This document shows, in pieces, positions 52,196-64,000 of a stretch of DNA of 64,000 nt. The notes beneath the pieces were generated by a model. The model made no database searches and had not been told where the DNA came from. It worked only from the letters and a program-made list of their open reading frames with translations. Both the position numbers and the translations under genes were made by a program. How positions within the stretch are numbered: position 1 is the stretch's first letter; each line of letters starts with the position of its first letter. The stretch comes from Podarcis gaigeae. Taxonomy: Eukaryota. Where the stretch lies: the NCBI GenBank assembly GCA_964106915.2, contig OZ066914.1. One strand, 5' to 3'.

Positions 52196-54595
52196 CCATG
52201 GGATAAACAGGTAAACATTTTATGACTGAATACTTAGCTTTCCCTGTCAGTAGTAGCAATTTACAGTCATCTTAAATAAAGCACATAACATGTATAGGTA
52301 GGCAGGCCTGATTCTAGGTTGGTGTTACTCAAACATTTCAGCAGCCCTCAGAGATCAAATATGGGTTGCAGATTTTTTTTTTTAATGAACATCAGTCACT
52401 GTTTACACAACAGAAAGGGAGGAGCTAGAGGGGGGTTCATTCCTGAGGACATCTGTGATTGGCACGGGATTTGTCTGAATCTATCAAGTAAGGCTTATTG
52501 TGAGTAGCAAAGCAATTTCATCCAATGCATCTATCTAAGAAATCTTTATGCACAATAAGACCTCTCCTTTGTGATTATGGTTATACACTGAAAATTAATA
52601 AAACTTATTATTAACAAATAAATTAAAAAGACCTCTCCTATGAAGTGCTTCTGTGGTAACATACATTGAAATAAATTATTCCCAGAGACTCATGTGCAAC
52701 CCTGCATTGAACCTAAGGGAGGCTGATGCTGGCCCTGTCTAGTGTTTTACCCTGGATGCACAGCTATTAGTCATTATAGCTAAATAGAACCTCCATGCAC
52801 AGAGACAGTATATCTTTTCATACTGCATGGGGATGGCCATCAATTTTATGCTGGTAGACTTCCAGAGGCATTTGGCTGGCTGCTGTTGGACGAATAATGC
52901 TTATTTAGATGTGCAGTGATCTGATCAGGCATGCTAGGATGTGTAGACAAAAGTATGAGAATAAAAATGTGAAAATAATTCATGCAGTACAATATATACG
53001 TGCAATATTTTAGAAAATAACAAGAGGCCAGGGTATGCACCATGACACTATATGATTGCATGTGGAATTATTTGAGCCAAAATAGGATGCTTGATGCCTT
53101 TTTTAAAGCTTGACTGAGTTTTCATGCGCATGTAACAAGCTGTAATCTACAGAGCTGCAAACTACCTAAATGTAATGGCAAATATGCCAGGAAGGCAAAT
53201 ATATCTTCCAGATACCCAAAACATGACCCAAAATACAACCAACCAGACGCAAGTTGCAGCATTGTAGGTGTCAGACACCCATAATTTCTGGATTTAGTAA
53301 GTGTTAGAATGCAATCAGTGTTTGGAGAGTTAAACTGGTAGATACACTCTTAATAGCTGGATTCATCTTCCCTTGTTCAGGCCAGCCTGATAATGGCTGA
53401 GTCATTAAACAAAGAAAGACAGGGTGATGACCCATCAAGAAAGCCATAAGCAAAGCTCTGGGTTAACTAGAAGAACAAAGGCTAGTAGCATAGTTCAGGT
53501 TAGCAGTTTTTGCTTGATGTGAGTTGGAGGGAAATCGTTCCAATCTGTAAGCAGCAATGCAACAGAGAAGCAATATTAGTGGAGTGGGAGAGCTGAGAAT
53601 AATGTCAATATATTTTTATGGTAAGCGTTGCAGGAGGTAGCCTAGATGATCCTTGGGGTCCCTTCTAGCTCTACCATTCTATGATATGGAGGGGGGCTCT
53701 CCCACCTCACTATATAGATGGCTGCCTAGTACAGGGTTAGGAGTGATACAATGTAGGAGTAAAGCAACAGATTAGAGACAGAGAACCCGATGGCTGGCAT
53801 CCTTTAGAATCCAGGGCTGCACCTAGGATAGAAACAATAACCTCTGGGGGTGTAACGTTGTGCACCCTTCCATCATAGGCTCAGGTTGTATATGTGTGTA
53901 AATAAACCATATATCATAAAGACACCACAGTCTCTTCTGTGCCTCATTGTCCAAAAGGGAAACACAAACACAGGGTAAAACATGCCTGGAACTCCCTGGA
54001 ATCTCACACGGCTGTGAAGTTTGCGGGTGGTGTTTAACAATGCATTAACAGGCATGCCCCTTGGGGGAAATAGTATATCTGCCCCACCCACCCCACTAGC
54101 TTGTTCACTTCTACAGCTTCTTTTCAAGAATGTGGAGTTGTGAACCAAGATGGAAGGATATTAGGTAGGACCTGAGAGACAAAGATTAAAATCCTCCTCA
54201 GCCATGAAGATCCCTGGGCCAGTCACTGTTGCTCAGCCTAGCCTCCTCACAGAGTTGTTGTGAGGATAAATTGGGGAGTGGAAGAACCCTGAGCTCCTTA
54301 GAGGAAAGCTAAAAGCTCACATAAATAGGTATATAACAAGCAAAAAGTTAGTAGGTGAGAGGCCCCCATTACCTGAGTATAAGCCTCCTTGAATACACAT
54401 GCATAGGATTGGGCAGTGACAGGGAAGTTTCAAGAGTTGGAACCCTGATTCATAAGTGAGCATCCCTTCTCACTAGGTAGGGGGCAGGGCAGCAGGAGAC
54501 AGCCCCAGACACACCATAATCTCTTCCCCCATCCACCCAATACCACCCAGGAAGAAACAGTGGCGGGGGGGGGGGAGAGGACTTGAAGTTAAAGA

Positions 54596-54741
54596 CAGTG
54601 GCGTAGCATGGGTTGTCAGCACCCAGGGCAAGGCAAGTAATTTGCGCCCCCTAACCCGTGGATTTGCGCCCCCTAACCCTAACCCCCAGATGTTGCACCC
54701 GGTACGGCCGGCCCCCCTGCACCCCCCACGCTACGCCACTG
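54596..54741. mobile_element. hAT-type MITE
   Basis: TIRs cagtggcgtagc / gctacgccactg; perfect 8-bp TSD gttaaaga. Confidence 0.88.
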
Positions 54742-56299
54742 GTTAAAGAGGCAATGCAAACCCCGCTGTTTCAGATTCTGCATCTCTGAAGGTGACTTTC
54801 AGTTGAAAGGTATCTCCTGCAGCCATCAGATAACTTTATGCATGCATGCAGTGTTCAAAATTCCCATTGTTCTAGGTGCATTTTGCAACAGGGAATTTCT
54901 TAGTACTGCATCTAAGATTTCAGATTAAAACTGCAGAGTGGAAGGAAACAAGGACCTTCCAGCTACAAGGACTTCCAGCTACTCTGAAGACTGGAGAAGA
55001 GACCCTCTTAAGAACATTAAGGGGGTGGACAGGGGAAGGACTAGGCCATATGAAAAATGAACATATATTTTAGCTGCAGTTCATTCATTTCCAGATTTGT
55101 ATTCTTGTTATAAAAAAGTGAGCCTAGACATTCCATTGTTGCCCCCGTAACCTAGGTTTAAGGTGCCATTTAGCTCCTAGCTTCCATATCTCAGTTTCTA
55201 ACGCTATCTGCTTGTGCCCATTCATCAGGACCAGCAGAACGGTTGTCAGAGAGAAAAGGCTGAAATGCTGTAGGGCAAACTATGTGTGCCATTGGCACCT
55301 CAGCTTCCCTTGTAGACCTGATTTCCTAAATTTCCCATTAGTCCAATGGATAGTCAGGCCTTGAGAAGCATGGAACTAGAAAGGGTTGGTCAGGTACAGA
55401 GATAGGCAGTGGGAAGGTTGCCTTTGCCTCTCCCTGAGGATATGCGAAATACAGGTGGGTCCGCTTAGAAGATGTCCTGGTCCACCATTGTGTCTCTGTT
55501 CCAGCCCAGGGCCTGTTCTAGCTAGTGCCTACGTTCTCAGAAGCAGGCCTTCGTCAGCCACCTGACTGGCACAATAATGCTGCCATTCTGCATAGGAAGA
55601 CAGGGTGCATTGTACAGCCACAGCCGCCTAAGAGCTGTTCATGCAGCTCTTCTGCCTGAAAGGAAGTATTGTTTGAGATGACCCAGCCCTTCAACCTCTT
55701 CCCAACACCAGGGAGGCAGAGCTGTTCCCAGCAGACAGAACAGCGCCATTCAGAGTCCTCCACATCTCCATCCCACAGCAGCTGCTGGTGGCCCTGCCCT
55801 CTCTTGGTGCTGTGAGGCCCTAGAACAACAAGGACTTAGGGAGGCAGGGCAGGCTGGACCTTGCCACTGAAAGCTGCACCTTCAGCCATGGAACACACAG
55901 CAGAAGGAAGGAGGATGAAATAATCTAAGTGCCAGCTGCTGGTTCTGTTCCCAGTTCCAGCGAGAGATTATTCTTGTCAGGACTGAGGGATTGCACTGGC
56001 TCATGGTAGTGCTGTATGGAATGTGTGTCACGCAGTTTAGGGACCACCCAGAACCAAAACCTTGTTCTGAGAAACAACTCCCAGAATAGCAGAAGATAAG
56101 CATTGGGTAAGGTGGGGAAACTGCTTTTAATTGAATTTTATAGTTATTTAATAACAAACAAGGCAACCAAAAACAAACAACACTTGTTTGCTAATTACAG
56201 GGGGTTTTATCAGCACAAGATATTTCCACATGTATCATGTTGAAAAATGGAGATAACCTTGTCACAAAGTTGGATTAGTCACCAGAGGGCAAGGAAGAT

Positions 56300-56950
56300 G
56301 TCCATTTATTAATACAGCTAATAAATGGAAACCATATAAAATAGTATCAAAATGTTCCCTTTTTTGCTTTACCTTGCCTTACCTGAATAACCCCTCTATC
56401 CTGTGCGAAGCACTCAAGCAGTGCTACATGATCCCATATTTTAACATACAAACCGTGTTTTGTAGGAGGTGTATTCCCTTTCCAACAGCCTGTTAATTCT
56501 ACTTGAGCCACTGCCAATAACACTGTTAGTAATTTGTTATGCTTAATTTCCTCATTAAGCTCACTTTTGATTGACTAGAGTGCCAACACTGGTCTAACTG
56601 AAGTTTTTTGCTAGTAATCTTAACCAGCTCTAAGAACGCTTCCTCTGAAAACTTGTTTGCAAAAGGACAGCTCCACCACATGTAGAATAGTGATCCTCTC
56701 TCAGCACATCCCCAACTGCATGATGGAAACATTTATTTGCCATGTAGGGCAGTTTTAGAGGAATCCTAAAAGGTGGCTTCCTGGATTCTCACAAAGATAG
56801 TGTGTGGACTAACTCCCCCTCCCAGTTTATACACTATCTGATTCACTATCTTCAAACTCTCTAAAATCATTCTTCCACACCTTCTTAATGTCATCTGTCA
56901 TGCCCATTACATGCTGTTAGGGAGGATAACTTTTGGCAATAACCATGCCA
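56300..56950 (-). mobile_element. Degraded L1-like 3' fragment
   Basis: CSWGCAERGSLFYMWWSCP resembles the L1 ORF2 C-terminal zinc knuckle. Confidence 0.6.
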
Positions 56951-57969
56951 ATGGGAGCTATGTTGCAGGTGAACATATCCCAGGCTGGCTGCTGTTCCTG
57001 TGAACAGAGCAAACAGCAGGTTGACAGAAACACTGGCAGAAAACAATATTGGAAGAAGTGCTCTAGAACACTAATAGTAGAATGAATGGGAATCTAAATT
57101 TCTGCCTTTCTATCACCAACTGGCTGATTTACAGCACTTCCTGATTTACACCGCTGTCATGTAGATTTCTCAGAAATGTTCCTAAAAACATAGGATTACC
57201 AAGGATACAGAGGTCACACCTAAGATGTATTAGAAAGCAAATATATCCTCCTGAACATATTTAGCAACAGGCATTGTCCTTAATACTCAGTCACAGCAAA
57301 CATGGGGAGAAGTTTGGATGGTTGTGGGGGTGGATAGGGGCAACTTTTTCAGGCCCTCAGCTTTGTTGCCCCATGCCTGGCACAGACGGCCATGGCAGGC
57401 AGCACCACTGTGGGTCCAGCCCTACTGCTTCTTACCCACCCTGCAAAAATACCCTTCCTCCATCAAAACTCTCTCTTTGAATTCTAAAATATATTTGAAT
57501 ATTTTTAATAAAAAAATAACTGCTTAACTTTGGCTGGATTGTGCCCTACCATTTTGTGACCTAAATAAACTATAGCAAACTTTAGAGAGGAAATGAATGT
57601 TCCTCTTCTCTGCCGTCATAGGTAACTCAAGGGCCTCTTTTTTGCAAATGTCCGACCTGAGTTGCTCCTTTTCCCGTGTAGTTTTTTTTTTTTTTAATTA
57701 CAGTATAACAATAAAACAACATTGAAATGCTTATTACAGTGAGAAACTGTGATACTTCTAACAACAATGCTTCTAAGCAGACTTGCATTGGTCACATTAA
57801 GGTGGAATACAAAAAAGGCCATAATCAGGTGTCTCGCCACACCTTGCAAATTAACATAGGGAAGGAACGGGACCCGCGTCTCCGTGAAGCCATCTGCTTG
57901 CATTTCCCCCTTCGCTAGCTTACACCACTGAATTCATTTTTCATCCAAGTCTGCCTGGCTGCCACTCTT

Positions 57970-58089
57970 TGCCAACCTGGTTCTTCCCAGAGGTCTTGGA
58001 CTACAACTCCCATCAGGCCCAGCCAGCAGATGTTTCCACAGGAAATGCAGTTCAAAACATCTGGAGGGGAGCCAGGTTGGGCAAACCTG
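57970..58089. mobile_element. Degenerate MITE copy just upstream of the NUP160 CpG island
   Basis: gccaacctggttc...ggactacaactcccatca...acatctggaggg...gccaggttggg. Confidence 0.65.
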
Positions 58090-58329
58090 CTCCATAAAAT
58101 GCCCCTTCCCTATTGCGCCTGGTCTAACTGAAGCGCGGGCCGGGTCTAACTGGACGGGCGTCAGGCTGCGCTCCTTGCCCAGCGGTCGCTCCATCTAGCC
58201 CTTCGCAGGACAGAGACCCCTCAGGCCACCTCTGCTTCCCATGATTCACCGCGAAAGCAGGCTTGGTTCGGCCGCGCCCCCTTCCCACTATCCCGTGATC
58301 CACTGCGGCTCCGCGCGCGGGAAGGGAAG

Positions 58330-58432
58330 ATGGCGGCGGCTGTCGGGCTCCCGGAGCGGGGATATTTGGAGCTGGTGGGCGCTGAGCGGGGAGCGCGGCG
58401 CCGGGTTCGCGAGCTCGTGTTCAGCCTCCCAG
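58330..58432 (+). CDS. NUP160: NUP160 coding exon 1
   Basis: MAAAVGLPERGYLELVGAERGARRRVRELVFSLP; strong Kozak aagATGG; donor G|gtagag. Confidence 0.88.
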
Positions 58433-61400
58433 GTAGAGGCGCCCGGCCAGGCAGCGGGCGGCGGACGTGGGTTGCTGGGCGGGTGTCATTGCTGTTGCAC
58501 GCATGGTAAAAGTCATGCTGCTGCTGCTGCCTGCCTGGCTGACGTGCCTCCTTTGCCTTGTCCCTTGCAGGCGGCGGCTCGTCCCTCACGCCCGTTCGCT
58601 ACGCCGACAGCGCCGGAGGATTCTGGTACCAAGAAAACGCGCAGCTGGGGTCTGTGACCAGGAACCGCTTCATCCACTGGTGAGTGGTCCGAGGACGTGG
58701 CCTTGCTTCTGCAGCCCACCCGCCAGTCAGTGCCACGGATCGGATCCTGCCCTCTCACTCCAATGGGAGAGGTTGGGAAGAGTGAAGAGGAGCTGCCCTC
58801 CGCTTCCCCTTCAGGCATCTTCTTCTGACGCCTGATCCCGTTTAGCATGTGACTAGGGTGATATACCCAAATAAACCAGATGATCTTTTTCTTTTGGTTT
58901 TGATCTGTTATTCACTAGTGAAGTGTTTTGAGCCGTTGGCTCTTCCAGAGCAGAACTAAAGCAAGCTAACAGTTTAAAAAGCCTTTTTTAACCTAGTGCA
59001 GTTATGAACAGAATGGTAGGACAGCACCAGTTGTAGCTCTGTGGGAAGAGAATTCTAAAGTTGGGGTGTATCCTAAGGAAAGCATGCAGAGGAAAGGTCC
59101 ACAGCCAAAAATGTTAAGGCATTAAAATGAATGACAGGTGACTTGAGCAGTAATTGACAGTAATCTTCGATAATAACTGTATGTGACAGCAAAATGGGCA
59201 TTGAATTTGAAATTGGAGAGTTCTGTGAATGGGTACCTCAGTAGGGCGTGGAAGGTTGTGTGAATTACAGTTAGGGCATGGGGATGCAGTTTGAAGAAAC
59301 AGCTGCATGATTATGTAGGAAGTGAGAAGGACGAATTAGCAAATGAAGCTGTATTGAGGAGCAAAGGCCCACAAAATTCCTTGAACCACACTATAGAACT
59401 ATTGTGTTTTACTGCTGTCTTGGTAAAATACAGGGCTAGGTCAACAGGAAGTTATGCATCTAACCATGGAGCTCAGTAGCCTCACACAATTATGTTCCCA
59501 ATGTGTCTATCTCTGCCTCCTGGCAACTCCTCCAGCTGTTTGTGCCTTTTGGCACTAGGTTCATTTCCAGTCTTGTATAGTTATTCTAATATTCCCCGTT
59601 CTGGCTTTGTGAAGGGGGATGTTGAATCTCATAGTTGTATTTTGTGTTTGTCTGCTGCAGTATTAAAATAGCTTGATTGAGATGTTTTAGTTCGATTGTG
59701 CTGTATACCTTCCTGGACTTTCAGAAGAGGAAGGGCAACCTACAGCTTTTCCTCCTTGTGTACCACTGCACACTGGTGTGCACTGCATGCTCTTTGTATG
59801 CTTTCAAAATCCAAGGCATATAGAAATACAGGTAGCACATATATCTGACTCTTGAGATTTGCTTCTTGGTGCCATTGTCTTTCCACCATGCAAATACTGG
59901 GTTGAATTGTACTCTGTAAACCTATAATTCCTATATATGTATTTACTTGTTTTCTTTTGCAGGGCTACGTCAGGTGCAACCTTGGAACTGGTAGAGGAAT
60001 CCCTTGATATAAACCTTTTGAACAATGCTGTTCAGCTCAAATTTCAGAATTGTAGCCTCTTACCTGGAGGAGTACATATATTTGAGACCCAGAATAATGT
60101 TGTTATCTTGATTTCAACCAATCAGACAGTACATAGATTGATTTTACCACACCCCACTCGGATGTATAGGAGTGTAAGTAACATTTTTTTCAAAAATTCT
60201 AAGAGTGTGAATTAACACACAAGCAAATTTACAATACACAGACAACACTATCATTTTGGATTGTGATTGCATATAAGGTAAAGGTAAAGGTACCCCTGCC
60301 CGTACGGGCCAGTCTTGACAGACTCTGGGGTTGTGTGCCCATCTCACTCAAGAGGCCAGGGGCCAGCGCTGTCCGGAGACACTCCCGGGTCACGTGGCCA
60401 GCGTGACATCGCTGCTCTGGCGAGCCAGAGCCGCACATGGAAACGCCGTTTACCTTCCCGCTGGTAAGCGGTCCCTATTTATCTGCTTGCACCCGGAGGT
60501 GCTTTCGAACTGCTAGGTTGGCAGGCGCTGGGACCGAGCAGCGGGAGCGCACCCCACCGCAGGGATTCGAACCGCTGACCTTTCGATCGGCAAGTCCTAG
60601 GCGCTGAGGCTTTAACCCACAGCGCCACCTGCGTCCCTTATGGTTGCATATACTGTGTAACATATTCAGTTCAGGTAATACACCAAACTATGATTTGGAG
60701 TGTCAGAAACAAGCCCCAGGCATGTCTCTCACCTTGTTTTTAGATTCTTTCTTATTTAGTGTTAATCATAGATGATTGTGATGTCTGAACTGGAAAACTA
60801 TGGCTAACCCTTGAACCCAACTCATTCATGGTGTAAGGGTTGATTCTGGTTTGAAGGGCGATCACTAACTGCAGGTTGCTGATTTGTACATATGGTTTTA
60901 TAGATTCTGAACTGACCCTTTCTGGGAATGGGCTGTGAAATATTCTGTAATTTATTTTTTTGTAATGTATTTTTTTTGGCCACATGTTTGGTTGCATTTT
61001 TTATATAGAAAATTAAAGAAAATCTAATTTTCAAATGTTTTTATTGTTGCAAATTTATGTTGAACAATTTGCTAGGTAAAATTTTGGTATGGAGCAAAAC
61101 ATATAGATAGTGCAAAGTAATATTGTCTAAGATAAAATGCACTGAGAAGGGTGATAGGTCATTGGCAGAGCCCTTGTTGGCATGCACCAGGTCTTAGCTT
61201 AAATCCCTGGTGTCTCCCATTAAAAGAATTACAGGAGCAGATCATGTAAAAGTCCTGTTCCTGAGATCTTAGAGAGCCACCAAAATACCCAATACTGGAT
61301 TAGCTGAACAGTCTGACATGGTATAAGGCAGCTTCCTATGTTCCTTTGATTGCTCTGAAGAAACTGCTTTTGTCTAATGTTTCCTTTTTCAGACACTTCT

Positions 61401-63865
61401 AGGTCATATGTTACAAGACGAATTTGAATAGAAAAGGCATTTCCTATTTGACTTTTCCATGTTCATACTTCAAATTTATATTTCTTATTGATAACTCGGC
61501 TTATTGGGGATTTTCTTAATAGGAGCTGATCACAGAAAGTCATGTACAGTCAGTTTTCACAGATGTTGGAAAAGTTCATTTAAGAGATCCTTTTAACTAT
61601 TGCGTGATTCCTGCAATCCCTGGTCTGTCAACTCATTCCACTGCTTCAGCAGCTTGGCTTACCAGTGATGGAGGAGCACTTTTTGCTTTGCCATCTGCAT
61701 CTGGTGGGATTTTTGTCCTTAATCTGCCACCTCACAATACTCATGGTAAGTACAGAAGCTGATCTAGATAATTTATTTAAAGTTGCTTTGCATTTCAGTT
61801 ATAAATCTCAGAAATTGCACATCGAATAAGAATTTAAAGGAGGTTTAAAATATTTTCTAATGTGCATAAGGCAATTGACTCCCCATATCCGCAAAACTGT
61901 TCTAATTGAGAAGTGTGTGCTGTACTAATTGATTAAACTAAGGGAACAAAGACAGCAGCAGAACCTCCTTTTGCAATTTTGGACACCGTCAATTAATGTC
62001 TCAGATCAGTAGTCATTTTGTCTTGAATGTTTCCACATGGGACTTCTGAAAGATTATTCATCTGATTTAGTTACTGTTGTGCACCATATATGCATGCATT
62101 ATTAATAAATCATTTTTGTTTTGTTTTTAGGAATGGTTTCAACTCTAGTCGTGGAGTTGAAACAGAGTTCAGTCATGCAGCGCTTGCTTACAGGTTGGAT
62201 GCCAACAGCTATCAGGCTAGTATTTTGATGGCAAACAGAGCTCTTGAAGTCTCTACAATAGCCAGTGGCATAGTTGGAACAGGCTTGAATGAGCACTCTG
62301 CCTGTTATTCATTGGAGGATATTTCTTTTCAGCAACCAAATGAGCTAACTAAAATCTATTGTACTTAGATTTTCAGCCAGGTCTAGAAGTGTAATTAATT
62401 CTTGGAAGTGTAATGTGCTTTTTCTTAGGTGGCTCTCTTTTCTAAACAAGCATCTTAAGTTAATCTTGAAATTGTTCCTGTCGTCTCAGATCTGGACAAA
62501 GCAAAAGGAATGAACATGTTTTGAGGGAATAAGAACCTGCAGAAGACAGTCAGCTTTTTCTTTTCCGTATGAAGGCCAGGGATGCTGTTGGATTCAGTAC
62601 TTCAGCTACAATTGCATGTAGCAGAGGTGTTCCAAATCTGCCCATAGTCCAGTAGTTAGAAAGTGTGTACATTTGACTGTTTTTCACGGTTCCCTACTTT
62701 TTAGTAAGAAGGTTGCATCCTTTTTATTTCCAGACATGATGGCTATTGTTCAGAGAGCCTGGGTGGCTAGTGTTAGGTTTGGAAGTAGGAAATTCTCTAC
62801 TCAGCCAGGTGACTCAGCAGGTGGTCATCATTATCTCTTTGCCTAACCTATCATAGAGAAGAGTTGTGAAGAAATAATTCTGATACATTGAGGAAGTGTG
62901 GAACGGAAATCTGACAAATTCATGCCCTCAAACTTTGGAGGCTAAATGGCTGCATTGTGACTGATGGTTGCTTGGAATATTTAGAAGAGCAAATGTTGTA
63001 ACTTTTATCTTGAAAGGGGTATGGTTTTATATGAAAAGGTAGTGCTTCACTACAGTATAAACCAGGAATGGGGAACCTAATCTGACTGGTAGGCCAGATT
63101 CTTATCTCCCCTATACCTCATGGCACATGTTTGACAAGGTGGGTGGTGGTATCCACCTCTCAATCATATGATGTCACCATGACATCAGGTGAAGATTTGG
63201 CACTTCTAACTTTTAAATTCTTGTAAATTGTCCTTTTTTGTTTGTTTATTATATATAAAATTTAGTTTAAATCTTTTCCAGAGGAGACCAAGGTCCTTCA
63301 GAGCTTCCTGTTAGCTTGTCTGTCCACTGTCGTGAGCATGATGCCCTCCTCTTTGCACTCTACCAGGATCATAAACTTCGAATGTGGTCTTACAAAGTGA
63401 GTGTGAAATGCTAATTTCTGATAGAATACTGTTGTCATTGCTGATGGTTGATTATTCATATGACTAATGATACTTTCCAAATGTTGGTTTTTGGCAACAT
63501 GTCCCTTTGAATATGCAAGCTATATTAATTACCTTTTCTGTGGTCTGCTGTGAACATGCACAACCTTCAGATCTGTATCCTTTACTGTAAAGGAACACAT
63601 GGGGAAGTATCTGTCTAGTATATCAAGCTGCTGTTTTGGCAGGTGTGTTTAAAGCATTTGTCCCATTTGCAGATTGTGTTACTTATCTGGCTTCTTATCT
63701 TGGCAGGATCAAATGTGCCTGATGGTGGCTGATATGTTGGAATTTGTGCCTGTAAGTAAGGACCTAAGACTTGCTGCTGGGACTGGACACAGATTACAGC
63801 TGTCTTATTCTGAGACCCTGGGGCTTTACATTGCTGTATACTTGCATGCACCCAAACAAGGACAG
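58330..63865 (+). CDS. NUP160: Nucleoporin 160, first 7 coding exons (gene continues beyond the window)
   Basis: Exons 58330-58432, 58571-58679, 59963-60173, 61523-61745, 62131-62215, 63282-63396 and 63707-63865 have consistent phases. The translation matches the NUP160 N-terminal beta-propeller region as recalled. Confidence 0.94.
58571..58679 (+). CDS. NUP160: NUP160 exon 2
   Basis: GGGSSLTPVRYADSAGGFWYQENAQLGSVTRNRFIH(W); donor gtgagt. Confidence 0.92.
59963..60173 (+). CDS. NUP160: NUP160 exon 3
   Basis: ATSGATLELVEESLDINLLNNAVQLKFQNC...HRLILPHPTRMYRS; 211 nt. Confidence 0.95.
60276..60637 (-). mobile_element. Full-length Sauria SINE
   Basis: tRNA-derived head with A box (TGGCGCTGTGG) and B box (GGTTCGAATCC), (ACCTTT)n tail, and an approximately 15-bp imperfect TSD (ttgtgattgcatata / ttatggttgcatata). 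Confidence 0.9.
61523..61745 (+). CDS. NUP160: NUP160 exon 4
   Basis: ELITESHVQSVFTDVGKV...AWLTSDGGALFALPSASGGIFVLNLPPHNTH; 223 nt. Confidence 0.93.
62131..62215 (+). CDS. NUP160: NUP160 exon 5 (ends at a GC donor)
   Basis: (G)MVSTLVVELKQSSVMQRLLTGWMPTAI(R); AG|gctagt. Confidence 0.88.
63282..63396 (+). CDS. NUP160: NUP160 exon 6
   Basis: GDQGPSELPVSLSVHCREHDALLFALYQDHKLRMWSYK; donor gtgagt. Confidence 0.93.
63707..63865 (+). CDS. NUP160: NUP160 exon 7
   Basis: DQMCLMVADMLEFVPVSKDLRLAAGTGHRLQLSYSETLGLYIAVYLHAPKQGQ; 159 nt. Confidence 0.92.
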
Positions 63866-64000
63866 GTACTTGAATTGTCTTATATTCGTAGAATTTTAAT
63901 TTGCTGTTAAGTTGAGAGTCAGGGAACTACTAGTATGACCCATCAGTTTCAGAGTTTATGTGGATAAGAAAAGTTTTCTTCAATAATTTTAAACACGTTT

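Larger units (their letters stand above)
58100..58760 (+). promoter_or_regulatory. CpG island and NUP160 promoter
   Basis: CpG-rich across exons 1-2; YY1 motif AAGATGGCGGC over the ATG; E2F-like CCGCGAAA at 58249-58256; Staf/ZNF143-like TTCCCATGATTC. Confidence 0.85.

Noticed and set aside
53260-54040. Possible solo LTR (AATAAA and a CA end at about 54039)
   Set aside because: I could not find a matching TG start with a target-site duplication.
58221-58848. Overlapping ORFs on both strands in the NUP160 CpG island
   Set aside because: Expected from stop-codon scarcity in GC-rich DNA; the real frame is the spliced NUP160 CDS.
60560-60637. tRNA-like A and B boxes
   Set aside because: They form the head of a Sauria SINE, not a tRNA gene.
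63575-63583. GTATCCTTT U12-type donor motif in NUP160 intron 6
   Set aside because: It is not at an exon boundary, and the flanking exons join correctly through U2-type sites.
1-64000. Prokaryote-style novel system (CRISPR array, operon, defence island)
   Set aside because: The window is intron-rich vertebrate DNA. I saw no regularly spaced repeat-spacer array and no unexplained long ORFs.

Overview
This is vertebrate genomic DNA, not prokaryotic. Sauria SINEs with (ACCTTT)n tails, L2/CR1/L1 LINE fragments and hAT/Tc1-mariner MITEs point to a squamate, probably a lacertid-type lizard. The window holds two spliced genes arranged head-to-head. (1) PLEKHG3, a DH-PH RhoGEF on the minus strand, has a complete coding region. 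I reconstructed 18 coding exons by hand between 27902 and 3960; all splice phases agree, giving 4104 nt and 1367 aa with the cassette exon. Its likely promoter is a CpG island at about 48.9-50.0 kb. (2) NUP160 on the plus strand contributes its first 7 coding exons from 58330, with its own CpG island. Positions 1 to about 1950 may be the 3' UTR of a convergent plus-strand gene (SPTB by human synteny; inferred only). I found no CRISPR array, rRNA or tRNA gene, and no novel multi-gene system. The most notable observations are a GC-AG intron in NUP160, a candidate alternative coding first exon of PLEKHG3, a uORF whose stop overlaps the PLEKHG3 start codon, a cassette exon that duplicates an RRxSEP phospho/14-3-3 motif, MITE-borne ZNF143-like motifs at the NUP160 promoter, and a gene adjacency not seen in human. 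Homology calls rest on recalled human/mouse sequences, not database searches.
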